From Limnochordia bacterium (GTDB lineage Bacteria; Bacillota; Limnochordia; DTU080): 64,000 nucleotides of DNA. A model generated the notes under the pieces. The model had not been told where the DNA came from. It saw nothing but the letters and a program-made list of their open reading frames with translations, and searched no databases. Below are positions 18,448-28,536 of this stretch, piece by piece (position 1 is the first letter of the stretch; the number at the start of each line of letters is the position of its first letter). The stretch lies in NCBI GenBank assembly GCA_050951545.1, contig JBMNJG010000011.1:96001-160000 (forward strand). The letters run 5' to 3'. The position numbers and the translations under genes were made by a program.

Positions 18448-19199
18448 GACGGCGGTAGTCCCTTTAGGCGATATATGGAGGCCGCAGTCTTTCCAAGGCA
18501 CCAGCACAGTTGCTCCGCTGACAGGCGGGCAGTGCGCAACTTGGTCAGCTCCGTGGCGGCGTTGTCGGCGTGGTCCGAACCAAACAGCAGCCTGTGGGCA
18601 CCCAGATTCTCAGCGAAATGACGTACTAGGAAGCCGCCAGTCCAGGAGGTCTCAAGGTATACGTTCGGGCAGTAGGTGGCGACTGTCAAGGCTTCGCTCG
18701 CCATGAGCATATGGCCAGCATGAGCCATGACTATGCGGACATCAGGGAATTGTCGAGCCACAGGTAGAATGTTCGCTGGTAGTGCCCAGGGGATGCCGGC
18801 TCCGGTGTGGATCATCACAGGAATACCGAGCTCTTGAGCGAGGCCAAAGACCATTCTCCCAGCGGCAGAGTCTGGGCTCAGGCAATGACCGTGTGGATGA
18901 AGCTTCACTCCCACAAAGCCTAGCGTCGTGGTGCATCTACGTAGCTCAGCACTGTACTCCTTTTCCGGCAGGTGAGGGTTGGGGTTGGCCATACCGCAAA
19001 AGCGGCCTGGAAAGGCGCATGCCAATTCGGCAATGGCATCGTGTTGCTTCTGGACTGTCCTCAGATCGTGACATATGCCAGGCTGCACAATCGTTGTGTC
19101 GATGCCGTTGGTTTCCTGGCTCTGCAGGAGTTCATCCTTGGTGAAATCATCCTCGAAAACAGTGTCCCAACCTAGATGGGCGTGCACGTCAATGATCAT
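18444..19199 (-). CDS. Amidohydrolase_2 family protein
   Basis: IIDVHAHLG, GVKLHP, IHTG, MAHAG, LLFGSD. Confidence 0.88.
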   Translation of the reverse strand: MIIDVHAHLGWDTVFEDDFTKDELLQSQETNGIDTTIVQPGICHDLRTVQKQHDAIAELACAFPGRFCGMANPNPHLPEKEYSAELRRCTTTLGFVGVKLHPHGHCLSPDSAAGRMVFGLAQELGIPVMIHTGAGIPWALPANILPVARQFPDVRIVMAHAGHMLMASEALTVATYCPNVYLETSWTGGFLVRHFAENLGAHRLLFGSDHADNAATELTKLRTARLSAEQLCWCLGKTAASIYRLKGLPPS

Positions 19200-19932
19200 C
19201 TTGGTGATCCCTCGATTCCTTTCTGGCTAGGGTTGGGTCTGGAATCGAGCGCCGCCAGACGTCTAAGGACTCCTGTAATGCGGCTTCAGCAATAGAGACA
19301 TCCCTTTTGCGAATGGCATCTACGAGCATGCGGTGATGGCTGATGGCGATGCGGCCTCTTTCTTGATGGGCATGGCTGTGGCGCAGGGATCGCGAAAAGA
19401 CCACATAGATCTCTGTGATCAACTCTCGGATAAGCGCGTTGCCGGAAGCCGCGGCCATCAGATCGTGACACTCCAGGTCAAGGGCGGCCATCTCCTCGGG
19501 ACCAGCCTGTCGTTGTCCAGCCTCCGCCATGCGATCGATTGCCCTCTCCATCTCGCTAAGGTCTACCGCATCGGCGTTGGCGATGGCCATGCGCAGAATC
19601 AGTGATTCCATTTCATAGCGGAACTCGAACCATTGTTCGACGGACTCTGTCGTGAACAACAGGCGGAAGACCAAGGGATTGACGATGGCCGGCTTGGGCT
19701 CAGAGGCCACAAAGGTACCCTCGCTACGTCTGATCTCAAGGATCCCCATGAACTGAAGCACCTTAATCGCTTCACGGATGGGGGTGCGACTCACTTGCCA
19801 GATCTCACACAGTTCATTTTCCGTAGGTAGCTTATCTCCTGGACGGAGTTCTCCATCCATAAGAGCGTGCCAGATGCGCTCAATTACCTGACGAGTTACC
19901 GACGATCGGGCTAGAGGCGTTCCGAGGGCCAA
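19189..19932 (-). CDS. FadR/GntR family transcriptional regulator
   Basis: PGDKLPTENEL, VSRTPIREA, FCD domain with FEFR..E and SGNALI. Start chosen at TTG 19932. Confidence 0.9.
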   Translation of the reverse strand: MALGTPLARSSVTRQVIERIWHALMDGELRPGDKLPTENELCEIWQVSRTPIREAIKVLQFMGILEIRRSEGTFVASEPKPAIVNPLVFRLLFTTESVEQWFEFRYEMESLILRMAIANADAVDLSEMERAIDRMAEAGQRQAGPEEMAALDLECHDLMAAASGNALIRELITEIYVVFSRSLRHSHAHQERGRIAISHHRMLVDAIRKRDVSIAEAALQESLDVWRRSIPDPTLARKESRDHQDDH

Positions 19933-19989
19933 GATCAACCATCCCTTCACATCCTCAGGGCATCGTGCACGTGCTATACCCCTAGGTAA

Positions 19990-20139
19990 TATGTAATACG
20001 ATATGCGGGATGTTTTCCCTTTGTCGACCCAGAAGCTCTGCTGTTGTTTCGGGGGGCGACTCATTTCCATCACATGAAGGCAGGAAATTGGTGCGGGGGA
20101 ATGTAATAACTGCATAGAAAGGTATTATGTACTACGTAA
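19990..20139. promoter_or_regulatory. Two candidate FadR operator boxes and a promoter in the divergent region
   Basis: TATGTAATACGATA (19990-20003) and near-palindrome TTATGTACTACGTAA (20125-20139); GCAGGA-N17-GTAA at 20080-20106. Confidence 0.5.
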
Positions 20140-20199
20140 TGTGTAGGTCAGGCTGAACTGCAGAGGCGCATCTCACGGCGAGATGAGTAGAAGGAGGCA

Positions 20200-21468
20200 G
20201 TGGCAATGTCGTTGAGACGTGTACTGGCGTTGATGGCGCTGACACTGATGGCCGTCGGACTGCTAGCAGCAGTGGAAGTTCAGGGACGGGAATCTGTAAC
20301 GCTATTGGTTCACTGGCCCAAGGGTGCTGATGGTTTCAATGCGCTGGAAGAGCAGGTCAATGAGTATGCCCAGCTCAACCCGAGTGTCACTATGGACTTG
20401 ATCTCAGCTTCAGGGGGCAACATTTGGGAGAAGTACATTACCATGCTGGCTGGCGGCGTGGCGCCCGATGCCGTGCACGCCGTGCTGAACTCGGTATCAA
20501 ACCTCGACATGCTCATGCCACTACCGGAAGCAGTGGCTCAGCGCATGCGCAAGGAGTATTTGCCAGCTTCGCTATCGTTGGCAGAACGCAGCGGTAGGAT
20601 CATGGGCTTTCCCACAGAATTCCAGACCGCAGGCATCGTCTACAACAAGCAGATCTTTGCCGAAAGAGGCGTAGCAGGGGCTCCTACACCTGCCAGCTGG
20701 GATGAGTACTACCGGTTGGCTAAGAAGCTTACGCTGAAAGATAGCGATGGCTCTACACTCGTGTGGGGGGCCGAGAGCCAACGCACCTATGTAGAGATTG
20801 TCTCCTATCTTAGCAGCAACGGATATGCCATCATGACTCCAGACGGCAAGCCCCAGCTCAACTCGCCACACGTCATTGATTTCGTTGCTAGGCTGAAGGA
20901 GCTATATGACGAAGGGGTGCTTGCGTGGAATGCCGGGGCACCTACCTCTACGGGCAGGGCGGCCATGGCCTACTGGGAGCCTTGGTTTCGGGTATACGTT
21001 CGCCAGGCCCGTCCCGATCTAGAGAGTTCCATCGGGGTCTCTCCTGTACCGTACGGAAAACTGGGGACTTCCCATGCCTTCGCCTATGGGTACCAGTGGT
21101 GTATCATGCAGGCCTCACAGAACGCCAGCAGTACTCTCAAGTTTCTACAGTGGCTTTGCATGCAGCGCACTGACGAAGGCACTACGCGCATGGGAAACGT
21201 GATGGCGACTCTAGGCTCACTACCCAACACCTACGCTGATCTGACAAACCAGCCCTCTGCAAAGGATCCATTTGTCACGGGATACATGAAGATCGTCAAT
21301 GACCAAGTCCACGTCAAGATCCCCAATTTCCCGGGCGCCAACCAGTGGGAAAACGTGCTCGTTCCGCAGATTGGGCGGATATTTCGGGATCTGGTCACGG
21401 TCATAGAAGGCCTGGAGCAGGCACAGACAGACTGGAAGGCGAGGATCGCTGAGGCGACCGCGCGCTAG
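20200..21468 (+). CDS. ABC-type sugar-binding protein (no lipobox)
   Basis: Signal peptide, AGGVAPD, IVYNKQIFAERG, SWDEY, GRAAM. No permease genes adjacent. Confidence 0.85.
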   Translation: MAMSLRRVLALMALTLMAVGLLAAVEVQGRESVTLLVHWPKGADGFNALEEQVNEYAQLNPSVTMDLISASGGNIWEKYITMLAGGVAPDAVHAVLNSVSNLDMLMPLPEAVAQRMRKEYLPASLSLAERSGRIMGFPTEFQTAGIVYNKQIFAERGVAGAPTPASWDEYYRLAKKLTLKDSDGSTLVWGAESQRTYVEIVSYLSSNGYAIMTPDGKPQLNSPHVIDFVARLKELYDEGVLAWNAGAPTSTGRAAMAYWEPWFRVYVRQARPDLESSIGVSPVPYGKLGTSHAFAYGYQWCIMQASQNASSTLKFLQWLCMQRTDEGTTRMGNVMATLGSLPNTYADLTNQPSAKDPFVTGYMKIVNDQVHVKIPNFPGANQWENVLVPQIGRIFRDLVTVIEGLEQAQTDWKARIAEATAR

Positions 21469-21509
21469 GGGCCTGCCAGATGTGCCACGACAATGTGAGT
21501 GAGGGAGAT

Positions 21510-21539
21510 CCGAGCGGGTCCACAGGCGGACCCGCTCGG
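21510..21539. terminator. Hairpin between convergent genes
   Basis: CCGAGCGGGTCC / GGACCCGCTCGG perfect 12-bp stem. Confidence 0.7.
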
Positions 21540-21573
21540 CAGGCTATGGCTTGAGGCATCCGCACCATAGGCT

Positions 21574-22134
21574 CTAGCGCCCGAAACCAAGTTTCCTCAG
21601 ATGGCCGTCTAAGGCCTCCTTCTCAGCCGCTTCGCTGAGGTACTCCCAGTCGACGTCTTCACCGTGGAGGGTCAGCAAACGCGTTACCCATTCGCCGTCG
21701 CTTTCCGATTGCCAGTGCACGTATGCCCTCAGACGATCTAAGACGAGATCCTCGATGCCGATCACGTATGCTGTTAGCCCATCGATCTCAACTTCAGTGA
21801 CTCTGTCAAGACTCCCCGCAAGGGTATCATCAGGGATCTCCACAACGAGGCTGAGCGTCTCGTGATACCAGTGCCGCAAACTGGCACTGCGCTTGAAGCC
21901 TAAGTCCTCCAACTGATCAAGAGCCTCTCGTCGATTTGAGCAGACAAGATCGATATCATAGGTCATATACGCCCCAAAGCTGTAGAACTCAACGGCTGTT
22001 CCCCCTACGATGATGGGCCGAATGTCTCGGTCCTTCAGGGCCTCCGTCCAGACAGCGACAATGAAGAGAGCTCGTTCTAGACGATCAGCGATCTTGGCGG
22101 CTTTTTCTATCTCATCATGATGGTCGGTCGACAT
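21574..22134 (-). CDS. Nucleotidyltransferase (DUF6036/AbiEii-like, pol-beta fold)
   Basis: IIVGGTAV..Y...Y.TYDIDLV, IGIEDLVLDRL, VDWEYL. Confidence 0.7.
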   Translation of the reverse strand: MSTDHHDEIEKAAKIADRLERALFIVAVWTEALKDRDIRPIIVGGTAVEFYSFGAYMTYDIDLVCSNRREALDQLEDLGFKRSASLRHWYHETLSLVVEIPDDTLAGSLDRVTEVEIDGLTAYVIGIEDLVLDRLRAYVHWQSESDGEWVTRLLTLHGEDVDWEYLSEAAEKEALDGHLRKLGFGR

Positions 22135-22360
22135 GGAGCCTGAACCTCCTAGGCGCCACACGTTCTAACTTGCCACTGGCGAGAGCCGCGTCCCAGCGAT
22201 CCTGTGCCAGCCGGTCGAGCAAGCCTACCTCACGAGAGTCTCTGGGGCGACGCCGCACCGCAGGCCGATCGCGCTCAGCTTTTTGCCAGATAAACCAAGC
22301 CTGGCGAAAGCGGGCTTGGTGCGCCGCTACATAATCATGGTACGAGCATTTCCGGCGCAT
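22115..22360 (-). CDS. Small basic hypothetical protein (81 aa), putative partner of the nucleotidyltransferase
   Basis: AGGAGG RBS before ATG 22360, extended -10 TGGTATAAT near 22400-22408, overlaps the downstream gene start. Confidence 0.6.
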   Translation of the reverse strand: MRRKCSYHDYVAAHQARFRQAWFIWQKAERDRPAVRRRPRDSREVGLLDRLAQDRWDAALASGKLERVAPRRFRLHVDRPS

Positions 22361-22557
22361 GATAGATCGCCTCCTAGTGCCGGGACGAGGACTTCTTTGA
22401 TTATACCACGCAAATGGGGGCCATGGACTAGGGTGAAAGGAGCAGGAGAAACCGACTCCAAGGGCAATGAGTACACCGATGATCACCAAAACTAGCATAG
22501 AGGCGTTCGAACCTTGGCGGCTGATGCTTGTGCAGGGGCATTCCAGAGAGGAGCATA

Positions 22558-23844
22558 GTGTTGTCCCTTTTCTTTGACGTATTTCCGAAGATCGTTCCAG
22601 TCAACAAGCCAGTGGATATCACCATACGAGCATTATTTGACCACGCTCAGTTCGATCAAGCCACTCGGTATGAGATCAGTCTCTTTCCTGCTGAGGGATT
22701 TGCGGCTCCCGAGGATGGACAGCGAGCGCAGCGTATGCAGCTGCAGCCGCAAGATGGTGCCCTGCGGGTTCCCGTATGCTGCGACGATGAACAGGAGTAC
22801 GTAATATGGATTGAGCGAGTCTCGGGTGAGACGCGCAGTGCCGTCGGTGAGTTCAGGATCTATGCGTTGCGCGAGGATCTGTTCAGCCGCTATCCTTTCA
22901 AAGGCGACTTTCACATGCACAGCAATCGCTCGGATGGTCGGGAGTGTCCAGGGTACGTAGCTGGTGCGTGTCGACGCATAGGGCTGGACTTCATGGCGCT
23001 AACGGATCATCATCGCTATCAGCCATCTCTCGAGGCGGCCAAGGCGCATGCGCGAACGGAGATTGATCTGCGCATCTACCCTGGTGAGGAGGTGCATCCT
23101 CCAGAGACCAGCGTCCACATCGTGAATTTCGGCGGAGATCACAGCGTTAACGGTCTCTTCTCTGGTGACTCTTTCCGCACCGGCGTGGCAGCGCTGGCGG
23201 AGGGTTTCTGCGACATCCCGCCAGCCTATCGCTATCAGTACGCGGCCTGTGTCTGGTCCTTTGAGCAGATTCGGGCGGGTGGTGGACTCGCCATTTTCTG
23301 CCACCCCTATTGGTTTACGGGGCATCGGTACGACGTGCCCGAAGCCCTGACCACACTCCTGTTTGATCGTCAGCCTTTTGACGCGTATGAGGTGATTGGC
23401 GGCTTCTATCGTCACCAGGCAGAATCCAACATACTCCAGGTCACCAGATACCACGAAGAGCGCGCCCGGGGGTGCCAGATCCCCATCGTTGGGGCCAGTG
23501 ACGCTCACGGATGCGAAAGAGGGGAGCTATTTGGCTGGTACTACACAATTGTATTCTCACCCTCAGCAGACCTACCAGCGGTAATAGCCAATGTCAAGGA
23601 GCTTAACTCCGTGGCCGTCGAAGCAATTCCCGGAACACCGGCCCGCGCCCATGGCCCCTTCCGTCTGGTGAAGTATGCACAGTTCTTGCTGCGTGAAGTT
23701 TTCCCGGGTCACGATGAGCTCTGCGCCGGGGAGGGGCGTCTGATGCTAGCCCACTTGGCTGGAGACGAGCAAGCCGCTGAGCAGTTAGCCAGGTGCAAGG
23801 GGCAGGTTCGCCAGTATTACGAGCACCTGTGGGCTCGAGCCTGA
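22558..23844 (+). CDS. PHP-domain metal-dependent phosphoesterase
   Basis: GDFHMHSNRSDG, ALTDH, HIVN, FCHPYW, GASDAH. Confidence 0.8.
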   Translation: MLSLFFDVFPKIVPVNKPVDITIRALFDHAQFDQATRYEISLFPAEGFAAPEDGQRAQRMQLQPQDGALRVPVCCDDEQEYVIWIERVSGETRSAVGEFRIYALREDLFSRYPFKGDFHMHSNRSDGRECPGYVAGACRRIGLDFMALTDHHRYQPSLEAAKAHARTEIDLRIYPGEEVHPPETSVHIVNFGGDHSVNGLFSGDSFRTGVAALAEGFCDIPPAYRYQYAACVWSFEQIRAGGGLAIFCHPYWFTGHRYDVPEALTTLLFDRQPFDAYEVIGGFYRHQAESNILQVTRYHEERARGCQIPIVGASDAHGCERGELFGWYYTIVFSPSADLPAVIANVKELNSVAVEAIPGTPARAHGPFRLVKYAQFLLREVFPGHDELCAGEGRLMLAHLAGDEQAAEQLARCKGQVRQYYEHLWARA

Positions 23845-23879
23845 CACGACAGTCATTGCTTGGCTGGGGCTGGCCCCTC

Positions 23880-24527
23880 CTATTTCCCTTGGGTGACAGC
23901 CCCAGCTACGCGTGGGTGAGATAAGGCGGTTCTTTCCTCGAGCACCCGGGCAAAGGATTCCACTTCGGCGGATGACGTGAGCCTGATAAACCGGATATGG
24001 CTCCAACGCGGGTCTGTGAAGTGCGCGAGCATGCTCCGGCGCTTGCGTGCATGCTGAGAGATGATCCACCACAGCAAAGAGTCTTCTTTGCGCCAGAGCA
24101 TCAACTGTGGCCAGAAACGTTCGTGATTTGTACCCCACAGCAGCTCCTTGGAGCGCCAACGCCGCCATGAGCGCCTGAGTACGCGCCACACAAGCTGGGG
24201 GAGGGGGAGGTCAAGCCAGATCACAGTCTGCAGGCGCGGCCAAAAGACGCGCTGGCAAAACCGGCTGTAGGAACCTGCCACAACCCAGCCCTCGCCGACC
24301 GTGGCCTCTCGAATGCGCCGCTCGAACTCCTCGGGGTTGGTAGCGTTGAGAGCAACCCAGTCGGGCTTCCAGTTTAGCGCATCTAACTCAACGAATGCTA
24401 CGCCAAGCGCACGCGCCAGTCGGGAGCCCAAAGTACTCTTTCCGGAACAGCTGTTCCCGATCACGTGCACCCGAGCTCCGATTGGTGAACAAGCGGCGGA
24501 GTGCCTAGTATCAAGCGGTCTATCCAA
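23880..24527 (-). CDS. Adenylate-kinase-like / FlaR family P-loop protein
   Basis: VIGNSCSGKST, ELDALNW, WVVAGSY, IWLDLP. Confidence 0.8.
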   Translation of the reverse strand: MDRPLDTRHSAACSPIGARVHVIGNSCSGKSTLGSRLARALGVAFVELDALNWKPDWVALNATNPEEFERRIREATVGEGWVVAGSYSRFCQRVFWPRLQTVIWLDLPLPQLVWRVLRRSWRRWRSKELLWGTNHERFWPQLMLWRKEDSLLWWIISQHARKRRSMLAHFTDPRWSHIRFIRLTSSAEVESFARVLEERTALSHPRVAGAVTQGK

Positions 24528-24542
24528 TGTGGTCCAGGCTCC

Positions 24543-25769
24543 TCACGTTCTTGTCTTGGCCGCCGCTTCTTTCACAGTCTTGGCAAACAGACGCCCGTAC
24601 TCGGCAGCTTCAGCCAAGGCAGCGGCGTCGGGTACCAGCTTCGTACGAAATCCTGGTTCCACGATCTTAAGCCCAAGGCTCTTGAGGCGATCGTTGATCA
24701 TTTTGACAGCTTCTCCACTCCAACCGTACGAGCCAAAGGCACCAGCCAGCTTGCCCCTGTTCTTCAGGGCAGACATGCTGATGAGGACATCCCATACTGG
24801 TTTGAGGGCATCCCGGTTGATGGTAGGCGACCCCAGGAGCACTGCATCGGACTGGTCGATGTGGGCGATAACGTCAGCGGGCTCGCTTTCGGAAACGTCC
24901 ATCATGGTCACGCCCAGACCCGCTTCCTTCACTGCAGAGGCCATCACCTGGGCGATCTTGCCCGTATTACCGTAGGCAGATACGTAACCTACGAAGATCC
25001 TCTGGGGATCGTTGTGGTATAGACAGCCTCTTGCCCAGTTCTCGACACGTTCCACCGTCTCCCACGGTGCTTGACGCAGAATAGGACCGTGACCCGGGCA
25101 GATGGCATCGATTTGGAGGTTACGGATCTTCTCGATAGCCTCGAGCATGTGACTGGCAAAGGGACTCATAATCACGTCGAAGTAGTACTCCTGTGCCGGC
25201 ACCAGATCCGTTACGACAAGGTCGTTGAACATACGCTCGTCACAGTAGTGGCAGCCAAACACGTCCCCTGGGAAGAGAATCCGGTCCTCAGGGAGATAGG
25301 TAAACATCGAGTCTGGCCAATGGAGGAAAGGGGCGGAGATGAACTGCAGGCTCTTGTCGCCCAGATCGATGATGTCCCCGTCGGTCACCACACGACAGGG
25401 GAAATCGGCATTCACAATCTCCTTCAGAAATGTAGACGCGGCGCGTGAACAAACGACAGTGGCGTTGACGGCTTGAGCGAGAAAATCGCCCAAGGCACCC
25501 GAATGATCGGGTTCGGCATGGTTGATCACGATGTAGTCGATGCTCTTGGGATCAATGACTTGACGTAACGTCTCGAGATGGGCAGCACCGAAGACATCCT
25601 TGACTACCTCGATGAGGGCCCGCTTCTGGGTACCTTCCACAAGAAACGAGTTGTAAGTGGTTCCCCAGCGGGTCTCCATGATCACGTCGAAAATCCGTAG
25701 GTCAGGGTCTAGGGCTCCTACCCAGTGGACTACTCCATCCACAATCTTGATGGGACTTACCTTCCTCAT
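24543..25769 (-). CDS. fprA: Flavodiiron protein (FprA, A-type flavoprotein)
   Basis: GTTYNS, NHAEPDHSG, LHWPD, PGHG, SAYGNT, FGSYGWSGE. Confidence 0.93.
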   Translation of the reverse strand: MRKVSPIKIVDGVVHWVGALDPDLRIFDVIMETRWGTTYNSFLVEGTQKRALIEVVKDVFGAAHLETLRQVIDPKSIDYIVINHAEPDHSGALGDFLAQAVNATVVCSRAASTFLKEIVNADFPCRVVTDGDIIDLGDKSLQFISAPFLHWPDSMFTYLPEDRILFPGDVFGCHYCDERMFNDLVVTDLVPAQEYYFDVIMSPFASHMLEAIEKIRNLQIDAICPGHGPILRQAPWETVERVENWARGCLYHNDPQRIFVGYVSAYGNTGKIAQVMASAVKEAGLGVTMMDVSESEPADVIAHIDQSDAVLLGSPTINRDALKPVWDVLISMSALKNRGKLAGAFGSYGWSGEAVKMINDRLKSLGLKIVEPGFRTKLVPDAAALAEAAEYGRLFAKTVKEAAAKTRT

Positions 25770-25792
25770 GAACCTTCCTCCATGTTGCAGAC

Positions 25793-25960
25793 TTAGTCGA
25801 GAGGCTCAAAGCTATCCTTGTCGGCACCGCATTCCGGACAGACCCAGTCATCCGGTAGGTCACCAAAAGGGGTGCCGGGGGCGATGCTGCTACCAGCGTC
25901 ACCCTTGGCCGGGTCGTAGACATAGCCACAGACTGTGCACTCATACTTCGTCTTGTCCAT
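25793..25960 (-). CDS. Rubredoxin
   Basis: [12 protein letters not shown]...[12 protein letters not shown]. Confidence 0.95.
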   Translation of the reverse strand: MDKTKYECTVCGYVYDPAKGDAGSSIAPGTPFGDLPDDWVCPECGADKDSFEPLD

Positions 25961-25969
25961 GGGATCACA

Positions 25970-26045
25970 CTCCTGTGAAAGCCTTTTACACTGCGGCCTC
26001 GACTCTCGCGTGTGCTTGGCCGCCGACACGCGTATTCCTCAGTGC
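25970..26045 (-). repeat. Intercistronic hairpin element, copy C (degenerate 3' arm)
   Basis: 26016-26039 matches 45555-45578 at 23/24 nt. Confidence 0.75.
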
Positions 26046-26708
26046 TTATCTCGTCGAAGCTCCGCCGAACTCAAGCCCGACTCGAACCATCGAGCCCCCG
26101 ACCCTGGGAAGCCCAGCTATGGTCTGCCCTTGGAACTTCCACTCACCGAGCGTGGCTAGGTAGCAGCCTTCCAGGTTCAGGAAGATGAAATCGTTCATAC
26201 GGATTTTCATCCCTGCTGTGGGTGCCACGACAAGGAAGCTGTTCTCAAAGCGGGTCTCATAGCGGCCTGCGATAGCTTCGTCAAACGTCGGATTGGCCCT
26301 ATGCATCAGCACGAGCTCCGCACCGCCACCTCCAATCAGGAGGCCTCCAGAGAGCATGACAGGTCCCAAAGGAGCAGTGCGCTGGATGCTGAATCCGCCA
26401 AGCGCCGTCTCCAAACGGGCCTCTTGGGTAGGTGTGGTGCTCTTTATCGTGCCTCCACCACCCCAGCCGCCCACGTTCCACGAAAGAGTTCCCCCAGCAC
26501 CACCGCCGCCCATGACCAGCATGTAGTCATCCAGTGGCGCAAACCCTGCTGTCTGCAGGCTGGTATTCAAGGCGCCAAGATCCATAGCCAAACAACCGAC
26601 AAATGCTCCGCCACTGCCATAGGAACCCCTTGCGCTCGCCTGTACTCCCATCCCAGAAGCTAACATCAGGCAGGCGGCTAGACTCACAATGATCCATCCA
26701 TGTTTCAT
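26046..26708 (-). CDS. Secreted protein, probable small outer-membrane beta-barrel
   Basis: Signal peptide, Gly-rich alternating beta strands, terminal strand VRVGLEFG. Confidence 0.55.
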   Translation of the reverse strand: MKHGWIIVSLAACLMLASGMGVQASARGSYGSGGAFVGCLAMDLGALNTSLQTAGFAPLDDYMLVMGGGGAGGTLSWNVGGWGGGGTIKSTTPTQEARLETALGGFSIQRTAPLGPVMLSGGLLIGGGGAELVLMHRANPTFDEAIAGRYETRFENSFLVVAPTAGMKIRMNDFIFLNLEGCYLATLGEWKFQGQTIAGLPRVGGSMVRVGLEFGGASTR

Positions 26709-26878
26709 GCGTTAACCTCCTTCTTCGTACAGCCACACCCAGCGGTTGATACCGCAGACTCATTCAATTCCTGACTCTTCCCTCGATTTCCTGTCTGCAA
26801 CGCCCATAAAGGCGTGAAGAACCCGAAGGGAATCTCAGACTAGTAGGGAAGTAGCAGGCACTTCGTAGCTGCAATGTG

Positions 26879-26906
26879 AAAGGCAACAGGCGGACCTGTT
26901 GCCTTT
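26879..26906. other. Perfect 12-bp hairpin
   Basis: AAAGGCAACAGG-CGGA-CCTGTTGCCTTT. Confidence 0.7.
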
Positions 26907-27492
26907 GGGGAAACCGCAAGTCTCTCTTCGTGATGCCGGGCACACAACGATCTGGCATGCACCACTATAGATGGCTCATTACCTGGCCATGATCTTGCGA
27001 CCATAGCCGAGCAAGTTGCTACCCACAGTGATGGTATGCTCGACCACACAGGATACCTGTGCGACCTCGCACGGCCTCTCGGCGGTGGGAGATCGGCTCC
27101 TATCCGCGGGTGGATAGATTGGCTGTGGTACCCGGCGCAGTCTTCGCTCAACCCCATGCGATAGGTTGGGACCCCACTGCAGTCTGAAGGGGACTGTTAG
27201 TGAAGCCTTTCCCAACCGCAAGGGATCTCCCTCCGAGTGCACGCAGACCCGAGGACCCACATGCAGTCTTTGGCCGATCCTGGCAGATCCCGTAACCACT
27301 AGAACCCGCGAGGATCTGGGCTCAACCGCTGCGCACCCGGCACCTACATGATACTTCAGAGAGCCATGAAGTATACGCGCCCCGTACCAGCGCCGTGGGG
27401 GCACTCGTGCAGGGGTTCCGGACTTCTGGGTAGAAGTCCCCAGCGAAGTCCGCACGCCTGGAAAACCTGAACGAGGCATTGGAGTGACATTG

Positions 27493-28389
27493 ATGGCAAG
27501 AGGAACCCAGACCTCATCGTTTGGTGTAGGCAAGCGAGAGAGCCATGATGCGAGCGAGTTTTACGCAAGAAATATCTACGGTGGCAGTGGGGCAGCGCTG
27601 TTCGAAACGATCGCGGGCACTCCGCTCGAGCGTCGACCTTCAGTTGAGACCCGACCGCTCGAGGAGTGGGCTGATGGCCTTTACTGCCAGTCTTCCGAGG
27701 ACATGATGCAGATACCCGACGGTTCCGTGGCCTTAGCCTTCACATCACCTCCCTACAACTCTGGCAAGGAGTACGATGAAGACCTCAGCCTGCAGGAGTA
27801 TCTCGGGCTCATCAGCCGCGTGGGGACGGAGGTCTACCGGGTGCTCAGACCAGGTGGGCGCTACGTAGTCAATATCGCTAACTTGGGGCGCAAACCCTAC
27901 ATCCCCATGCATGCCTACTTCTACGCTTGCCACATGGCCATTGGCTTCCAGCCCGCCGGAGAGGTGATCTGGCAAAAGGGTCGAGGCGCGAGCGGTAGCT
28001 GCGCCTGGGGCTCATGGATGTCTGCGAAGGCCCCTCGCTTGCGCGATCTTCACGAATACCTGTTGGTCTTCGTGAAGGGCGACTTCTCACGGCCGGACCG
28101 AGGGACAAGCGATATCAGCAAAGAGGAGTTCATGAAGGCCACACTATCGGTGTGGGAGATAGCGCCAGAACGGGCAAGTCGCGTGGGTCATCCGGCTCCG
28201 TTTCCCGTGGAGCTAGCGACGAGAGTAGTGCAGCTATACTCTTACGTGGGCGATGTGGTGCTGGATCCCTTCAATGGTTCTGGGTCCACCACGCTGGCGG
28301 CGGCTATCCATGACAGGCACTATGTTGGCTACGATATCAGTGCAGAGTACTGCGCAATAGCCCAGCGCCGACTGGACGAAGCCAGATAG
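27493..28389 (+). CDS. Orphan site-specific DNA methyltransferase (N4-C/N6-A, beta class)
   Basis: TSPPY precedes HPAPFP and LDPFNGSG. Confidence 0.9.
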   Translation: MARGTQTSSFGVGKRESHDASEFYARNIYGGSGAALFETIAGTPLERRPSVETRPLEEWADGLYCQSSEDMMQIPDGSVALAFTSPPYNSGKEYDEDLSLQEYLGLISRVGTEVYRVLRPGGRYVVNIANLGRKPYIPMHAYFYACHMAIGFQPAGEVIWQKGRGASGSCAWGSWMSAKAPRLRDLHEYLLVFVKGDFSRPDRGTSDISKEEFMKATLSVWEIAPERASRVGHPAPFPVELATRVVQLYSYVGDVVLDPFNGSGSTTLAAAIHDRHYVGYDISAEYCAIAQRRLDEAR

Positions 28390-28410
28390 ATTCGAGATCA
28401 ACAGGCTAGG

Positions 28411-28443
28411 AGACCATCTCCTTGTACAGGGGGTGGTCTTTTT
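28411..28443 (+). terminator. Intrinsic terminator
   Basis: AGACCATCTCCT / AGGGGGTGGTCT followed by a T run. Confidence 0.75.
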
Positions 28444-28536
28444 GTTTGGATGCGCTCCAGCCGTGGTGCGCTGGTATATTTTCGCGTGTAGCGATGAAAG
28501 CTGAAGGGTGGTTGTTGCTCGTAGCGAGGTGTCAAT

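Noticed and set aside
26979-27533. 184-aa minus-strand ORF
   Set aside because: Non-protein-like composition, no RBS, overlaps the MTase start.
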